From Rickettsiales bacterium (lineage in GTDB: Bacteria > Pseudomonadota > Alphaproteobacteria > UBA8366): DNA of 64,000 bases. Positions 18,357 through 27,441 of this stretch are shown here, piece by piece. The notes beneath the pieces are model-generated. The model ran no database searches, was not told the DNA's origin, and was given only the letters and a program-made list of their open reading frames with translations. A program made the position numbers and the translations under genes. The stretch covers positions 15,493 through 79,492 of the forward strand of contig JAYPOZ010000004.1 in NCBI GenBank assembly GCA_038131165.1. Reading direction: 5' to 3'. The number at the start of each line of letters is the position of its first letter. The stretch's first letter is position 1.

Positions 18357-18740
18357 TCAGGCGGGAATGTGGGTGGTCGTCACCTCGGCGAGCGTCTTGC
18401 CCCCCGCGCCGGTCACCAAGGTGCGGATCACCGTCACCCGCCGCCCACAGCGCACCACCCGGGACTCGGCCCGCAGCACGCCGTCCGACTGATTGCCGAG
18501 CATCGTCGAATGCAGGTCGATCAGCACCATGAAGGCGCCCGGATTGGGGCCGTCGCCATTGGCCCGGTTGGCCATCACGGTGGCGCAATTGTCGGCGAGG
18601 CTGAGGATCGTCCCGCTGTGGACGACGCCGGTCGGAGTCTTGTGCGCATCCCGCACCTCGAGCCGCGCCGAGGCGCGGTCCGCCGTGTCCTCCAGCATCT
18701 CGATCCCGAGCAGCTCGGCCAGCGGGCTCTGTTCGGTCAT
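18357..18740 (-). CDS. PaaI-family hotdog-fold thioesterase
   Basis: 127 aa with the hotdog-fold PaaI-like pattern (VVHSGTILSLADNCATV...RVVRCGRRVTV). Confidence 0.75.
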   Translation of the reverse strand: MTEQSPLAELLGIEMLEDTADRASARLEVRDAHKTPTGVVHSGTILSLADNCATVMANRANGDGPNPGAFMVLIDLHSTMLGNQSDGVLRAESRVVRCGRRVTVIRTLVTGAGGKTLAEVTTTHIPA

Positions 18741-18750
18741 GCGGTCTCCG

Positions 18751-19827
18751 TCAGTTGCCGAGCATGAAGGGCGCTCCCGATTCCTCGGCCACCTCGCGCA
18801 CCTCGTTGACCAGGGTATCGGTCATCGGAATGCCGCTCGCCACCCGAATCTTGCGGGCCTCGTATTCCGGGTCGCCCGGCACCAGCACCGGCTGCGCCGG
18901 GTCGAGCGGCGGCGTCTCCCGCATCCAGTCCATCAAGGCGTCCATCTGGGCCTCGAACGCGCCCTCTTCGCGGAAGGCGTCCGGATCGATGGCGAGGCAG
19001 AAATGCCCGATGTTCATGGTGTCGCCCTTCTGGCGGGTCATCACGTCGACGGCGCCCGTCGCCGAGCCCGACAGCACGCTGCACAGCACCTCGACCACCA
19101 GGCCGAGCCCGTAGCCCTTGTGCGAGCCCAGCTCGCGGGTGCCGCCGACCGGCGAGAGTTTCTTCGGCACCGCGTTCAGCGCCGCCACGGGATCGGTCGT
19201 CGGGTTGCCGTCCTGGTCCGCCGCCCAGCCGAGCGGGATCGGCTTGCCGGCGCGGCGCGCGATGTTGAGCTTGCCGACCGCGACCGTGCTGGTCGCCATG
19301 TCGAGGGAGAAATGCTCGTTCTTGATGCCCGGCGCCGCGACCGCGATGGGATTGGTGCTGAAGCGCGGCTCCCGCGCGAAGGTCGGCAGCACGGCGGGCT
19401 GGCTCGAGCCGGTCATGCAGATGCCGATCATGCCCCGGTCGGCCGCCATCGTGGAATAGACTCCGGCGGCGCCGTAATGGTTGGAGCGGCGCACCGTGAC
19501 CACGCCGACGCCGAACTGCTTGGCCTTGTCGCAGGCCATCTCCATCGCCTTTGTCGTGGAATAATGCCCGAGCGCGTTCCCCGCATCGAGCAGCGCGGTG
19601 GCGGCGAAGTCGCGCACCGTCGTCAGCTCGCCCTTGGGATCGACGATCCCCTGCTTGCGGCGCAGATTGTAGGTCGGCAGCATGCCCGCGCCATGCGAGT
19701 CGATGCCGCGCAGGTCGGCTTCCAGCATGTTGCGGACGGTCACCTCGATCACCTCCTCGCGCATGCCCCAGGCGCGGTAGATTTCGGTGATCTGCTTGCT
19801 CAATGTCTCGGCGGATACGGTAAGAAT
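18751..19827 (-). CDS. Ldh_2 family (malate/L-lactate/ureidoglycolate dehydrogenase-type) oxidoreductase
   Basis: Family-like throughout (DLRGIDSHGAGMLPTY...RRSNHYGAAGVY...GGTRELGSHKGYGL). The start is uncertain. It is either ATT 19827, with GGGAGG 5 nt upstream and an N-terminus of ILTVSAETL, or the only upstream ATG at 19929. The ORF track extends further. Confidence 0.75.
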   Translation of the reverse strand: MLTVSAETLSKQITEIYRAWGMREEVIEVTVRNMLEADLRGIDSHGAGMLPTYNLRRKQGIVDPKGELTTVRDFAATALLDAGNALGHYSTTKAMEMACDKAKQFGVGVVTVRRSNHYGAAGVYSTMAADRGMIGICMTGSSQPAVLPTFAREPRFSTNPIAVAAPGIKNEHFSLDMATSTVAVGKLNIARRAGKPIPLGWAADQDGNPTTDPVAALNAVPKKLSPVGGTRELGSHKGYGLGLVVEVLCSVLSGSATGAVDVMTRQKGDTMNIGHFCLAIDPDAFREEGAFEAQMDALMDWMRETPPLDPAQPVLVPGDPEYEARKIRVASGIPMTDTLVNEVREVAEESGAPFMLGN

Positions 19828-19923
19828 GGCGGCCTCCCTCGGGTAAAATCGTACGTCTGGACGGCGCCCGCGGGCGGCCCAGTTACGATATAGCGGACTT
19901 CCTTTCGGCTTCGAGGCTCGACC

Positions 19924-21417
19924 ATGCATAATTTGACCGCCTTCATCGGTTTCCACGCGGCCCGCCGGCCGGAGGCACTCGCGGTGGTCTACGAAGACCG
20001 CCGGATCGCCTATCGGGAGCTGCTGGACCGCGCGCTGGCGGCCGGCGGCTGGCTGCGGGCGCAGGGCATCGGGGAGGGCGACATCGTCGCTCTGGTGATG
20101 AAGAACAGCGCCGGTTTCCTCGACCTGATGCTGGGGGCGAGCCATATCGGCGCCGTCCTGCTGCCGATCAACTACCGGCTCGCCGCGCCCGAGATCGCCT
20201 ATATCCACGACCATGCGGGGGTGAAGCTGCTGCTCGCCGACACGGAGTTCGCGGGCGTCACCGCCGGCCTGGCGCATGTCGTCGAGATCGATGCGGCGGC
20301 GCAATCGGACATCCGCGCCCTCGCCCGGAGCGAAGAGCGCCCCGAAATGGTCCGGCGCACCGGCGGCGACCTCTACCGGCTGATCTATACCTCGGGCACG
20401 ACGGACCACCCGAAGGGGGTGATCCACCGCTACGACAATTTTTACTGGAAGACGATGGACCAGGCGGCCGCCCTGGGGCAGTCGGCGCGCGACCGGCTGC
20501 TAGTGGTGGGGCCGATGTATCACGTGGGCGGGATCGACCTGCCGGGGATCGGCGTGCTGTGGATGGGGGGCACGCTGGTGATCCACCGCGATTTCGACCC
20601 CCAAGCGGCGCTGCGGGCGATCCAGGACGAGGAGGTCACCGGCGTCTGGTTCGCGCCGGTCATGACCAACACGATCCTCAACCTGGCGGACCGCGGCCGC
20701 TACGACGTCTCCAGCCTGCGGTGGTGCATCGGCGGCGGCGAGCGCACGCCCGAATCGCGCATCCGGGAGTTCACCGGCCTGTTCACCGAGGCCCGCTATA
20801 TCGACGCCTACGGCCTGACCGAAAGCGTCGGCGGCGATACGATGATGGAGGCGGGCCGCGAGATCGAGAAGATCGGCTCCACCGGCCGCGCCATCATGCA
20901 TGTGGAGCTCGACATCCGCGACGACGCGGGCAGGCCCCTGGCCCCGGGGGAGGACGGCGAAATCTGCCTGCGCGGCCCGAAGATCACCGAAGGCTACTGG
21001 CGCGACCCGGAGCGTACCGCCGCCGCCTTCCATGGCGACGGCTGGTTCCGCACCGGCGATGTCGGGCATCTCGACGGGGAGGGCTTCCTCTATCTCACCG
21101 ACCGCAAGAAGGACATGATCATCTCCGGCGGCGAGAACATCGCCTCGTCCGAGGTCGAGCGCGTGGTCTACCAGATGGACGCGGTGCTGGAGGCGGCGAT
21201 CGTGGGCCTGCCGGACGACCGCTGGGGCGAGCGCGTCGCCGCCGTGGTGGTGCCGAAACCCGGCGCGGAGATCGACCATGCAACCCTCGACGCCCATTGC
21301 CGCGCCCATCTCGCCGGCTTCAAGAGCCCCAAGGAGCTCCACATCGTCGACGCATTGCCGCGCAACCCGTCCGGCAAGGTGCTGAAACGGGTGCTGCGGG
21401 AGACCCTCGCGAAATAA
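19924..21417 (+). CDS. AMP-dependent acyl-CoA synthetase/ligase
   Basis: 497 aa with the AMP-binding motif YTSGTTDHPKGV and a C-terminal PRNPSGKVLKR. Confidence 0.9.
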   Translation: MHNLTAFIGFHAARRPEALAVVYEDRRIAYRELLDRALAAGGWLRAQGIGEGDIVALVMKNSAGFLDLMLGASHIGAVLLPINYRLAAPEIAYIHDHAGVKLLLADTEFAGVTAGLAHVVEIDAAAQSDIRALARSEERPEMVRRTGGDLYRLIYTSGTTDHPKGVIHRYDNFYWKTMDQAAALGQSARDRLLVVGPMYHVGGIDLPGIGVLWMGGTLVIHRDFDPQAALRAIQDEEVTGVWFAPVMTNTILNLADRGRYDVSSLRWCIGGGERTPESRIREFTGLFTEARYIDAYGLTESVGGDTMMEAGREIEKIGSTGRAIMHVELDIRDDAGRPLAPGEDGEICLRGPKITEGYWRDPERTAAAFHGDGWFRTGDVGHLDGEGFLYLTDRKKDMIISGGENIASSEVERVVYQMDAVLEAAIVGLPDDRWGERVAAVVVPKPGAEIDHATLDAHCRAHLAGFKSPKELHIVDALPRNPSGKVLKRVLRETLAK

Positions 21418-21468
21418 CCGAGCCGCGCGGTGGCGTCGATCATATTGCCCCCTGAAAGGAACCCGCCC

Positions 21469-21628
21469 ATGAGCAACCCCGCCTTTGAATTCGAGCATGT
21501 GCATATCATCGGCGCGGACCCAAAGGCGGCGGAGGAGTGGTACGCCGGGCCGCCTGTTGTGCTATGTCTCCGCTCCGGACAATGTCAGCATCGAGCTGAT
21601 CCAGCAGGAACCCGCGGACACCCATTGA
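21469..21628 (+). pseudogene. VOC (glyoxalase/dioxygenase) family gene relic with an internal deletion and frame change
   Basis: A VOC-like N-terminus (MSNPAFEFEHVHIIGADPKAAEEWY) lies in one frame. A VOC-like C-terminus (YVSAPDNVSIELIQQEPADTH*) lies about 20 codons later in another frame. The middle of a roughly 125-aa protein is missing. Confidence 0.5.
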
Positions 21629-21676
21629 GGGCGGGAGCGCGAGCGTGGCCGCGCGGCAGGAGAGAATGAGGCCGGA

Positions 21677-22954
21677 ATGCATGTTCTGATCATCGGCGGG
21701 GGGATCGGCGGGCTGGCGACGGCGCTGAGCCTGCACAGGGCGGGCATCTCGGCCACCGTCTACGAAGCGGTGCCGGAAATCCGGCCGCTCGGGGTCGGCA
21801 TCAACATGCTGCCGCATGCCACGCGGGAATTGACCGAACTGGGCCTCCAGGGCGACCTGGAGGCGACCGGCATCCGGACCCGCGAGCTGGTCTACGCCAA
21901 TCGCCACGGCCAGCAGATCTGGCGCGAGGACAGGGGCCTGCACGCGGGCTACAACTGGCCGCAATACTCGATCTCCAGGGGCGCCTTGCAGATGCTCCTG
22001 TACCGCGCGGCCGTGGCGCGCCTCGGACCCGAGCATATCCTGAGCGACCGCGAGCTGGTGGATTTCAGCCAGGACGACCGGGGCGTCAGCGCCCGATTCC
22101 GGCAGCGGAGCACGGGCGCGCCGCTCGGCGAGGTGCGGGGCGATCTGTTGATCGGCGCCGACGGCATTCATTCGGCGGTGCGCCGCCACCTCTATCCCGG
22201 CGAGGGCGAGCCGGTGTGGAGCGGGCGCGTGCTCTGGCGGGCGACGACGGAGGGGGCGCCGTATCTTTCCGGCCGCTCGATGGTGATGGCGGGCCACGAG
22301 GACCAGAAATTCGTCTGCTATCCGATCAGTCGCGAGGCCGAGAAGCGCGGCCGCAGCCTGATCAACTGGATCGCCGAGCTCCGCTTCCGCGACCGCGATA
22401 CCTGGCGGCGCGAGGACTGGAACCGCACCACCTCGATCGACGACTTCCTGCCGATGTTCGAGGATTGGGACTTCGGCTGGATCAAAGTGCCCGATATCAT
22501 CCGGGGTGCGGAGACGGTCTACGAGTATCCCATGGTCGACCGCGACCCGCTCGCGCGCTGGAGTTTCGGGCGGGTGACGTTGCTCGGCGATGCGGCGCAT
22601 CCGATGTACCCCATCGGCTCCAACGGCGCCTCGCAGGCGATCATCGACGGCCGTGTTCTGGCATTGCTGTTGGCGACGCGCGACGATCCGCTCGCGGCGC
22701 TGCAGGACTACGACGCGGCGCGGCGGCCGCCGACCAGCCGGATCGTGCTCGCCAATCGCGGCAATGGGCCGGATCAGGTCATGCAGCTGGCCGAGGAGCG
22801 GGCACCCGACGGTTTCGACGACCTCGACGCGGTCATCCGGCCCGACGAGCTGCAGGAGATCGCGCAGCGCTACAAGATGATTGCCGGTTTCGATAAGGAC
22901 GAGCTCAACGAGCGGGCCTCCTTGGACCCGCCGTCTCAGGCAAGCGCGCCGTAG
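21677..22954 (+). CDS. FAD-dependent aromatic-ring-hydroxylase-type monooxygenase
   Basis: 425 aa with GxGxxG (VLIIGGGIGGLA), DG motif (LIGADGIHSAVR) and GD motif (LLGDAAHPMYPIGSNGASQAI). Confidence 0.85.
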   Translation: MHVLIIGGGIGGLATALSLHRAGISATVYEAVPEIRPLGVGINMLPHATRELTELGLQGDLEATGIRTRELVYANRHGQQIWREDRGLHAGYNWPQYSISRGALQMLLYRAAVARLGPEHILSDRELVDFSQDDRGVSARFRQRSTGAPLGEVRGDLLIGADGIHSAVRRHLYPGEGEPVWSGRVLWRATTEGAPYLSGRSMVMAGHEDQKFVCYPISREAEKRGRSLINWIAELRFRDRDTWRREDWNRTTSIDDFLPMFEDWDFGWIKVPDIIRGAETVYEYPMVDRDPLARWSFGRVTLLGDAAHPMYPIGSNGASQAIIDGRVLALLLATRDDPLAALQDYDAARRPPTSRIVLANRGNGPDQVMQLAEERAPDGFDDLDAVIRPDELQEIAQRYKMIAGFDKDELNERASLDPPSQASAP

Positions 22955-23769
22955 AACCGCTCGATGGCCGCGCCGACCGCGTCCGGGCGCGCGACCGGCG
23001 CCATGTGGCCGGTATCGGCGAGGGTTTCCCGGCGGCTGTGCGGCAGCGCATCCGACAGCCGGTCGAGGATCGGCCCGGCGGGCGGCGGGCCCAGCTCTGT
23101 TTTTAACAGCAGCGTCGGCACGCCGATGGCCGCGAAATCGTCCGCCGTCAGGTCGTCGCAGGAGACCAGCGGCGCTTCCTCCGCGATCTGCGGGATCAGC
23201 GCCAGGAGTTCCACTTGCGCGCGCTCGGAAAGCTCGCTCCATTTCTGCCCGCCGACCCGTTCGGTAAAGAGCGCCAGCCCCCGTTCCAGAGACCCCTCTT
23301 CGACGGCGGCGAGAAAGTCCCGGATCATCTCCCGGTCGTACGCCAGAGCCGCCGCGTCCCGCTCCCCGTCCAGGACGCCGAAGACCATGGGCTCGACTAG
23401 AACCAGGCTCTTGAGGCGGAACCGCGCGCGGCGCGCGATGCGGAGCGCGATCAGGCCGCCCATGGAATGGCCGACCAGATGAAAATCGTCGATGCCGAGC
23501 GCCGCGAGAAAGCGCTCCACGGCCTGGATGTGGCGAAACGTGGCCGGGCATTTCGCGCAATCGAGTTTGGTCTCCCCATAGCCGTCGAGATTGGGGACGA
23601 GGACGCGGCGGCCGGGCGACAGTTGCGTTGCGAGACCGGAGAGCGCCGGGGCGCCGGTGGCGGACGCGTGCAGAAGCACCACGGTCTCCGCCGCGCCGTC
23701 GTCGCCGAAGCTCAGATAGTCGACGGCGCCGGCGAAGACGTCGATCGAAAGGCTCTGTCCTGTTGTCAT
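22936..23769 (-). CDS. alpha/beta hydrolase
   Basis: Nucleophile elbow GHSMGG. Start at ATG 23769 (MTTGQSL), preceded by GAGGA. The gene overlaps the convergent monooxygenase gene by 19 nt. Confidence 0.8.
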   Translation of the reverse strand: MTTGQSLSIDVFAGAVDYLSFGDDGAAETVVLLHASATGAPALSGLATQLSPGRRVLVPNLDGYGETKLDCAKCPATFRHIQAVERFLAALGIDDFHLVGHSMGGLIALRIARRARFRLKSLVLVEPMVFGVLDGERDAAALAYDREMIRDFLAAVEEGSLERGLALFTERVGGQKWSELSERAQVELLALIPQIAEEAPLVSCDDLTADDFAAIGVPTLLLKTELGPPPAGPILDRLSDALPHSRRETLADTGHMAPVARPDAVGAAIERFYGALA

Positions 23770-23888
23770 TGCGTTCCTCACGCCGCTGGTACTCCGGGGT
23801 GGGGAAAATATATCGAATACCAATGGTATCAAATCACGGGCGGCCCGTGCGAGGCAATGCCGCCGGAATTTCGCTCAAGGAGGGCGCC

Positions 23889-24749
23889 ATGCGGAAGACG
23901 ACGAAACTCAAGGAGATGATCGCTTCGGGGAAAACCATGCTGGTGCCCGGGGTCTATGACGGATTGTCGGCGCGGATCGCCCAGGCGGCGGGCGCCGAAC
24001 TGCTGTACGCGACCGGCGGCGGCATCGCGCGGAGCACCGGCATTCCCGATATGGGGCTGATCAATCCGGTACAGATCACGGAGCGGCTGGAGCAGATCGT
24101 CGATGCGGTCGACCTGCCGGTCATCGCCGATTTCGATACCGGCTACGGCAACGCCCTGAACGCGCTTCACACGCTCAAGGGGTTCGAGCGGGCCGGCGTC
24201 GCCGGGTTCCACATCGAGGACCAGATGTTCCCGAAACGCTGCGGCCATCTCGAAGGCAAGACGGTGGTGCCGGCGGAGGAACTGGCGGTGAAGATTCGCG
24301 CGATCAAGGAGAACCAGACCGATCCCGACCTCGTGGTCATCGCGCGGACCGATGCGCTGGCGGTGGAAGGCTACGACGCGGCCATCGAACGGATGCACAA
24401 ATACATGGAGGCGGGCGCGGATATGGCCTTCATCGAAGCGCCGCGCAGCCTCGAGCAGATCGAGCAGCTGTCCAAGGACCTGCCCTATCCGAAGCTCCTC
24501 AACATGTTCTGGGGCGGCAAGACGCCGGTGGTGCCGAAGGACAAGCTGCAGGCCTGGGGTTTCAATCTGGTGATCGCGCCGGGCGACATGCAGCGCGCCG
24601 CGATGCACGCGATGAAGCGGGCGGCGGAAGCGATCCTGAGCGAGGGGCATACGGAATCCCTGAAAGGGGACATGGCCTCCTTCGACGACCGCGAAGAGGC
24701 GATCAACACCGCCAAGTACATGGAACTCGATTCGCGCTACGCGATCTAG
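23889..24749 (+). CDS. isocitrate lyase/PEP mutase family protein (2-methylisocitrate lyase-like)
   Basis: 286 aa with the motifs DFDTGYGN, FHIEDQMFPKRCGH and ARTDA. AGGAGG lies upstream of ATG 23889. Confidence 0.8.
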   Translation: MRKTTKLKEMIASGKTMLVPGVYDGLSARIAQAAGAELLYATGGGIARSTGIPDMGLINPVQITERLEQIVDAVDLPVIADFDTGYGNALNALHTLKGFERAGVAGFHIEDQMFPKRCGHLEGKTVVPAEELAVKIRAIKENQTDPDLVVIARTDALAVEGYDAAIERMHKYMEAGADMAFIEAPRSLEQIEQLSKDLPYPKLLNMFWGGKTPVVPKDKLQAWGFNLVIAPGDMQRAAMHAMKRAAEAILSEGHTESLKGDMASFDDREEAINTAKYMELDSRYAI

Positions 24750-24761
24750 AAAGGCCGGCCG

Positions 24762-27431
24762 ATGTCCACAAGCTCCCCTTCCGCGTTCGAGGACTGTTTC
24801 TCCTTCGCGGGCGACCCCGTTCTCTACTACAGCCTCGCGCGCGCCGAAGCGGCGGGACTCGGCTCATTCGCGAGATTGCCGAAATCGCTGAAGGTGCTCG
24901 GCGAGAACCTGCTGCGGAACAGCGACAAGCCGGGTGTTTCGGAGGAGGATATCCGCGCCTTGGGGGGCTGGACGGCGGCGCCGTCGACGGTGCGCGAAGT
25001 CGCCTATCACCCGGTCCGCATTCTGATGCCGGACATGTCGGGGGTGCCGTTGCTGGTCGACCTTTCGGCGATGCGCGACGCGGTCCGGCAGTTCGGCGGC
25101 GATCCCCAGGCGATCAATCCGCGCCTGCCCATCGACCTCATCATCGACCACTCCGTCAATGTCGACTTCCACGGCCGTCCGGACGCCCTGCGGCGCAATA
25201 TGGCGCTGGAATACGAGCGCAACGGCGAGCGCTATCAATTCGTGAAATGGGCGCAGGAGACCTACAAGAACATCAGTGTGGTGCCCCCGGGCATGGGCAT
25301 CCTGCATCAGGTCAATCTGGAGCATATCGCGCGGGTCGTCTGGTCCGACGAGGTCGACGGCCGGCGGCGGGCCTATCCAGACAGCATGCTCGGGATGGAC
25401 AGTCACACGCCAATGGTAAACGCGCTTAGTATTTTCGGCTGGGGTGTTGGCGGCCTCGAGGCAGGCGCGGCCATGCTGGGCCAGGCGGTCTCCATGCTGA
25501 TCCCCAACGTGGTTGGCGTGCGCATCGTTGGCGAAGTGCCGGAAGGGGCGACGGCGACGGACGCGGTACTCACCGTGACCGAGCGGTTGCGCGCCCACGG
25601 GGTGGTCGGCAAGTTCGTCGAGTATTTCGGCCCCGGGCTCGATCATCTGGCGCTGACCGACCGCGCGACCCTCGCCAATATGTCGCCGGAATACGGCGCC
25701 ACGATGGGGTTCTTCCCGATCGACCGGCACACGCTGGATTATCTCGAAACCACCGGCAGAAAGGCCGACGCGGTCGCGCTGGTCGAAGCCTATGCCAAGG
25801 AACAGGGCTTGTGGCGCGACGCCGAGGAGCCGGTCTTCACGGAGACGGTGGAAATCGACCTCGCGGCGGTGGAACCCTGCCTCGCCGGGCCGTTCCGCCC
25901 GAACCAACGCACCCCGCTCGCCCAGGTGCCGAAAAGTTACCGCGACGCGATGGCGGAGATGGGCCGGGTCGAAAAGGCGGTGCCGGTGGACGGCGCGGAT
26001 TTCACCCTTCGCGACGGCGCCGTCGTCCTGGCGGCGATCACCAGCTGCACGAATACGTCGAATCCGGCGGTGATGATCGGCGCGGGCCTGCTGGCGCGCA
26101 ACGCGGTCCGCCGGGGTTTGCGCGCGGCGCCCTGGGTCAAGACGTCGCTGTCGCCGGGCTCCGCCGTCGTCGCCGATTATCTGGTCAAGGCGGGCCTGCA
26201 GGACGATCTGGACGCGCTCGGCTTCCAGGTCACCGGTTTCGGCTGCATGAGCTGCGGCGGCCTCTCCGGCCCGCTGCCGGAGCCGATTGCCGCGGCGATC
26301 CAGTCGAACGACCTGGCGGTCGGCGCGGTGCTCTCCGGCAACCGCAATTTCGAGGGGCGGGTGCACGCGCTTTGCCGGGTGAATTATCTCGCCTCGCCGA
26401 TGCTGGTGGTGGCCCATGCGCTGATGGGGCATCTCGACCGCGACCTCGCGGCCGACCCGCTCGGCGAAGACCGGGACGGCAACCCGGTCTATTTGAAGGA
26501 CGTCTGGCCCTCGCCCGCCGAGATCAACGAAGCCATCGCCGCGGCGGTCACGCCCGATCTCTACCGCGCCCGCTATGCGACGGCGCGCGACGGCGACGAG
26601 AACTGGCAGGCGCTTCCCGTCGCCAAGGGGGCGCTGTTCGATTGGGCGCCCGACAGCAGCTATATCCGCCGCCCGCCGCTGTTCGAGGGGTTTGCTCCGG
26701 TGCCCGGCGAGGTCGGCGACATAACCGGCGCCCGCGCCCTGGCGATGGTGGGCGACATGACGACGACGGACCATATCTCGCCGGTCGGCGCCATTCCCGC
26801 CGACGTGCCGGCCGGCGAATACCTGCAGAGCCTCGGCGTGGCCCCGAAGGATTTCAATATTTACGGCTGCCGGCGGACGAATCACGAAGTGATGGTGCGC
26901 GGCACCTTCGCCAATATCCGCCTGCGTAACGAGCTGGCGCCCGGCACCGAGGGCGGTTTCACCACGCATCGGCCCTCGGGCGAGGTGATGACGGTCTACC
27001 AAGCCGCCATGCGCTACGCGGCGGAGGGCACGCCGCTGGTGGTGATCGGCGGCGACGCCTATGGCACCGGGTCTTCCCGCGACTGGGCGGCGAAAGGCAC
27101 CAAGCTCCTGGGTGTCCGCGCGGTCATCGCCGAGGGACTGGAGCGCATTCACCGCTCGAACCTGATCGGCATGGGCGTGCTGCCGCTGCAGTTCCCGGAC
27201 GGCGTAGACCGGAACACGCTCGAGCTGGACGGCACGGAAACCTTCGACCTGACCGGGCTGTCCGGTGGCATCACGGCCCGCATGGCGGTTCCCTGCCGCA
27301 TTCGCCGCGCCGACGGCAGCGTCACGGAGATCGAGCTCCGCTGCCGCCTGGATACCGAGGTCGAGGTCCAGTACTACCGGCATGGCGGCATGCTGCATTA
27401 TTGTTTGCGGGAAGCGCTCGAAGCCGCTTAA
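24762..27431 (+). CDS. acnA: aconitate hydratase (AcnA type)
   Basis: 889 aa, aconitase A-like along its length (MGMDSHTPMVNAL, ITSCTNTSNP, FGCMSCGG, GNRNFEGR, and a swivel domain with GTGSSRDWAAKG). Confidence 0.9.
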   Translation: MSTSSPSAFEDCFSFAGDPVLYYSLARAEAAGLGSFARLPKSLKVLGENLLRNSDKPGVSEEDIRALGGWTAAPSTVREVAYHPVRILMPDMSGVPLLVDLSAMRDAVRQFGGDPQAINPRLPIDLIIDHSVNVDFHGRPDALRRNMALEYERNGERYQFVKWAQETYKNISVVPPGMGILHQVNLEHIARVVWSDEVDGRRRAYPDSMLGMDSHTPMVNALSIFGWGVGGLEAGAAMLGQAVSMLIPNVVGVRIVGEVPEGATATDAVLTVTERLRAHGVVGKFVEYFGPGLDHLALTDRATLANMSPEYGATMGFFPIDRHTLDYLETTGRKADAVALVEAYAKEQGLWRDAEEPVFTETVEIDLAAVEPCLAGPFRPNQRTPLAQVPKSYRDAMAEMGRVEKAVPVDGADFTLRDGAVVLAAITSCTNTSNPAVMIGAGLLARNAVRRGLRAAPWVKTSLSPGSAVVADYLVKAGLQDDLDALGFQVTGFGCMSCGGLSGPLPEPIAAAIQSNDLAVGAVLSGNRNFEGRVHALCRVNYLASPMLVVAHALMGHLDRDLAADPLGEDRDGNPVYLKDVWPSPAEINEAIAAAVTPDLYRARYATARDGDENWQALPVAKGALFDWAPDSSYIRRPPLFEGFAPVPGEVGDITGARALAMVGDMTTTDHISPVGAIPADVPAGEYLQSLGVAPKDFNIYGCRRTNHEVMVRGTFANIRLRNELAPGTEGGFTTHRPSGEVMTVYQAAMRYAAEGTPLVVIGGDAYGTGSSRDWAAKGTKLLGVRAVIAEGLERIHRSNLIGMGVLPLQFPDGVDRNTLELDGTETFDLTGLSGGITARMAVPCRIRRADGSVTEIELRCRLDTEVEVQYYRHGGMLHYCLREALEAA

Positions 27432-27441
27432 TAAGCACTTC

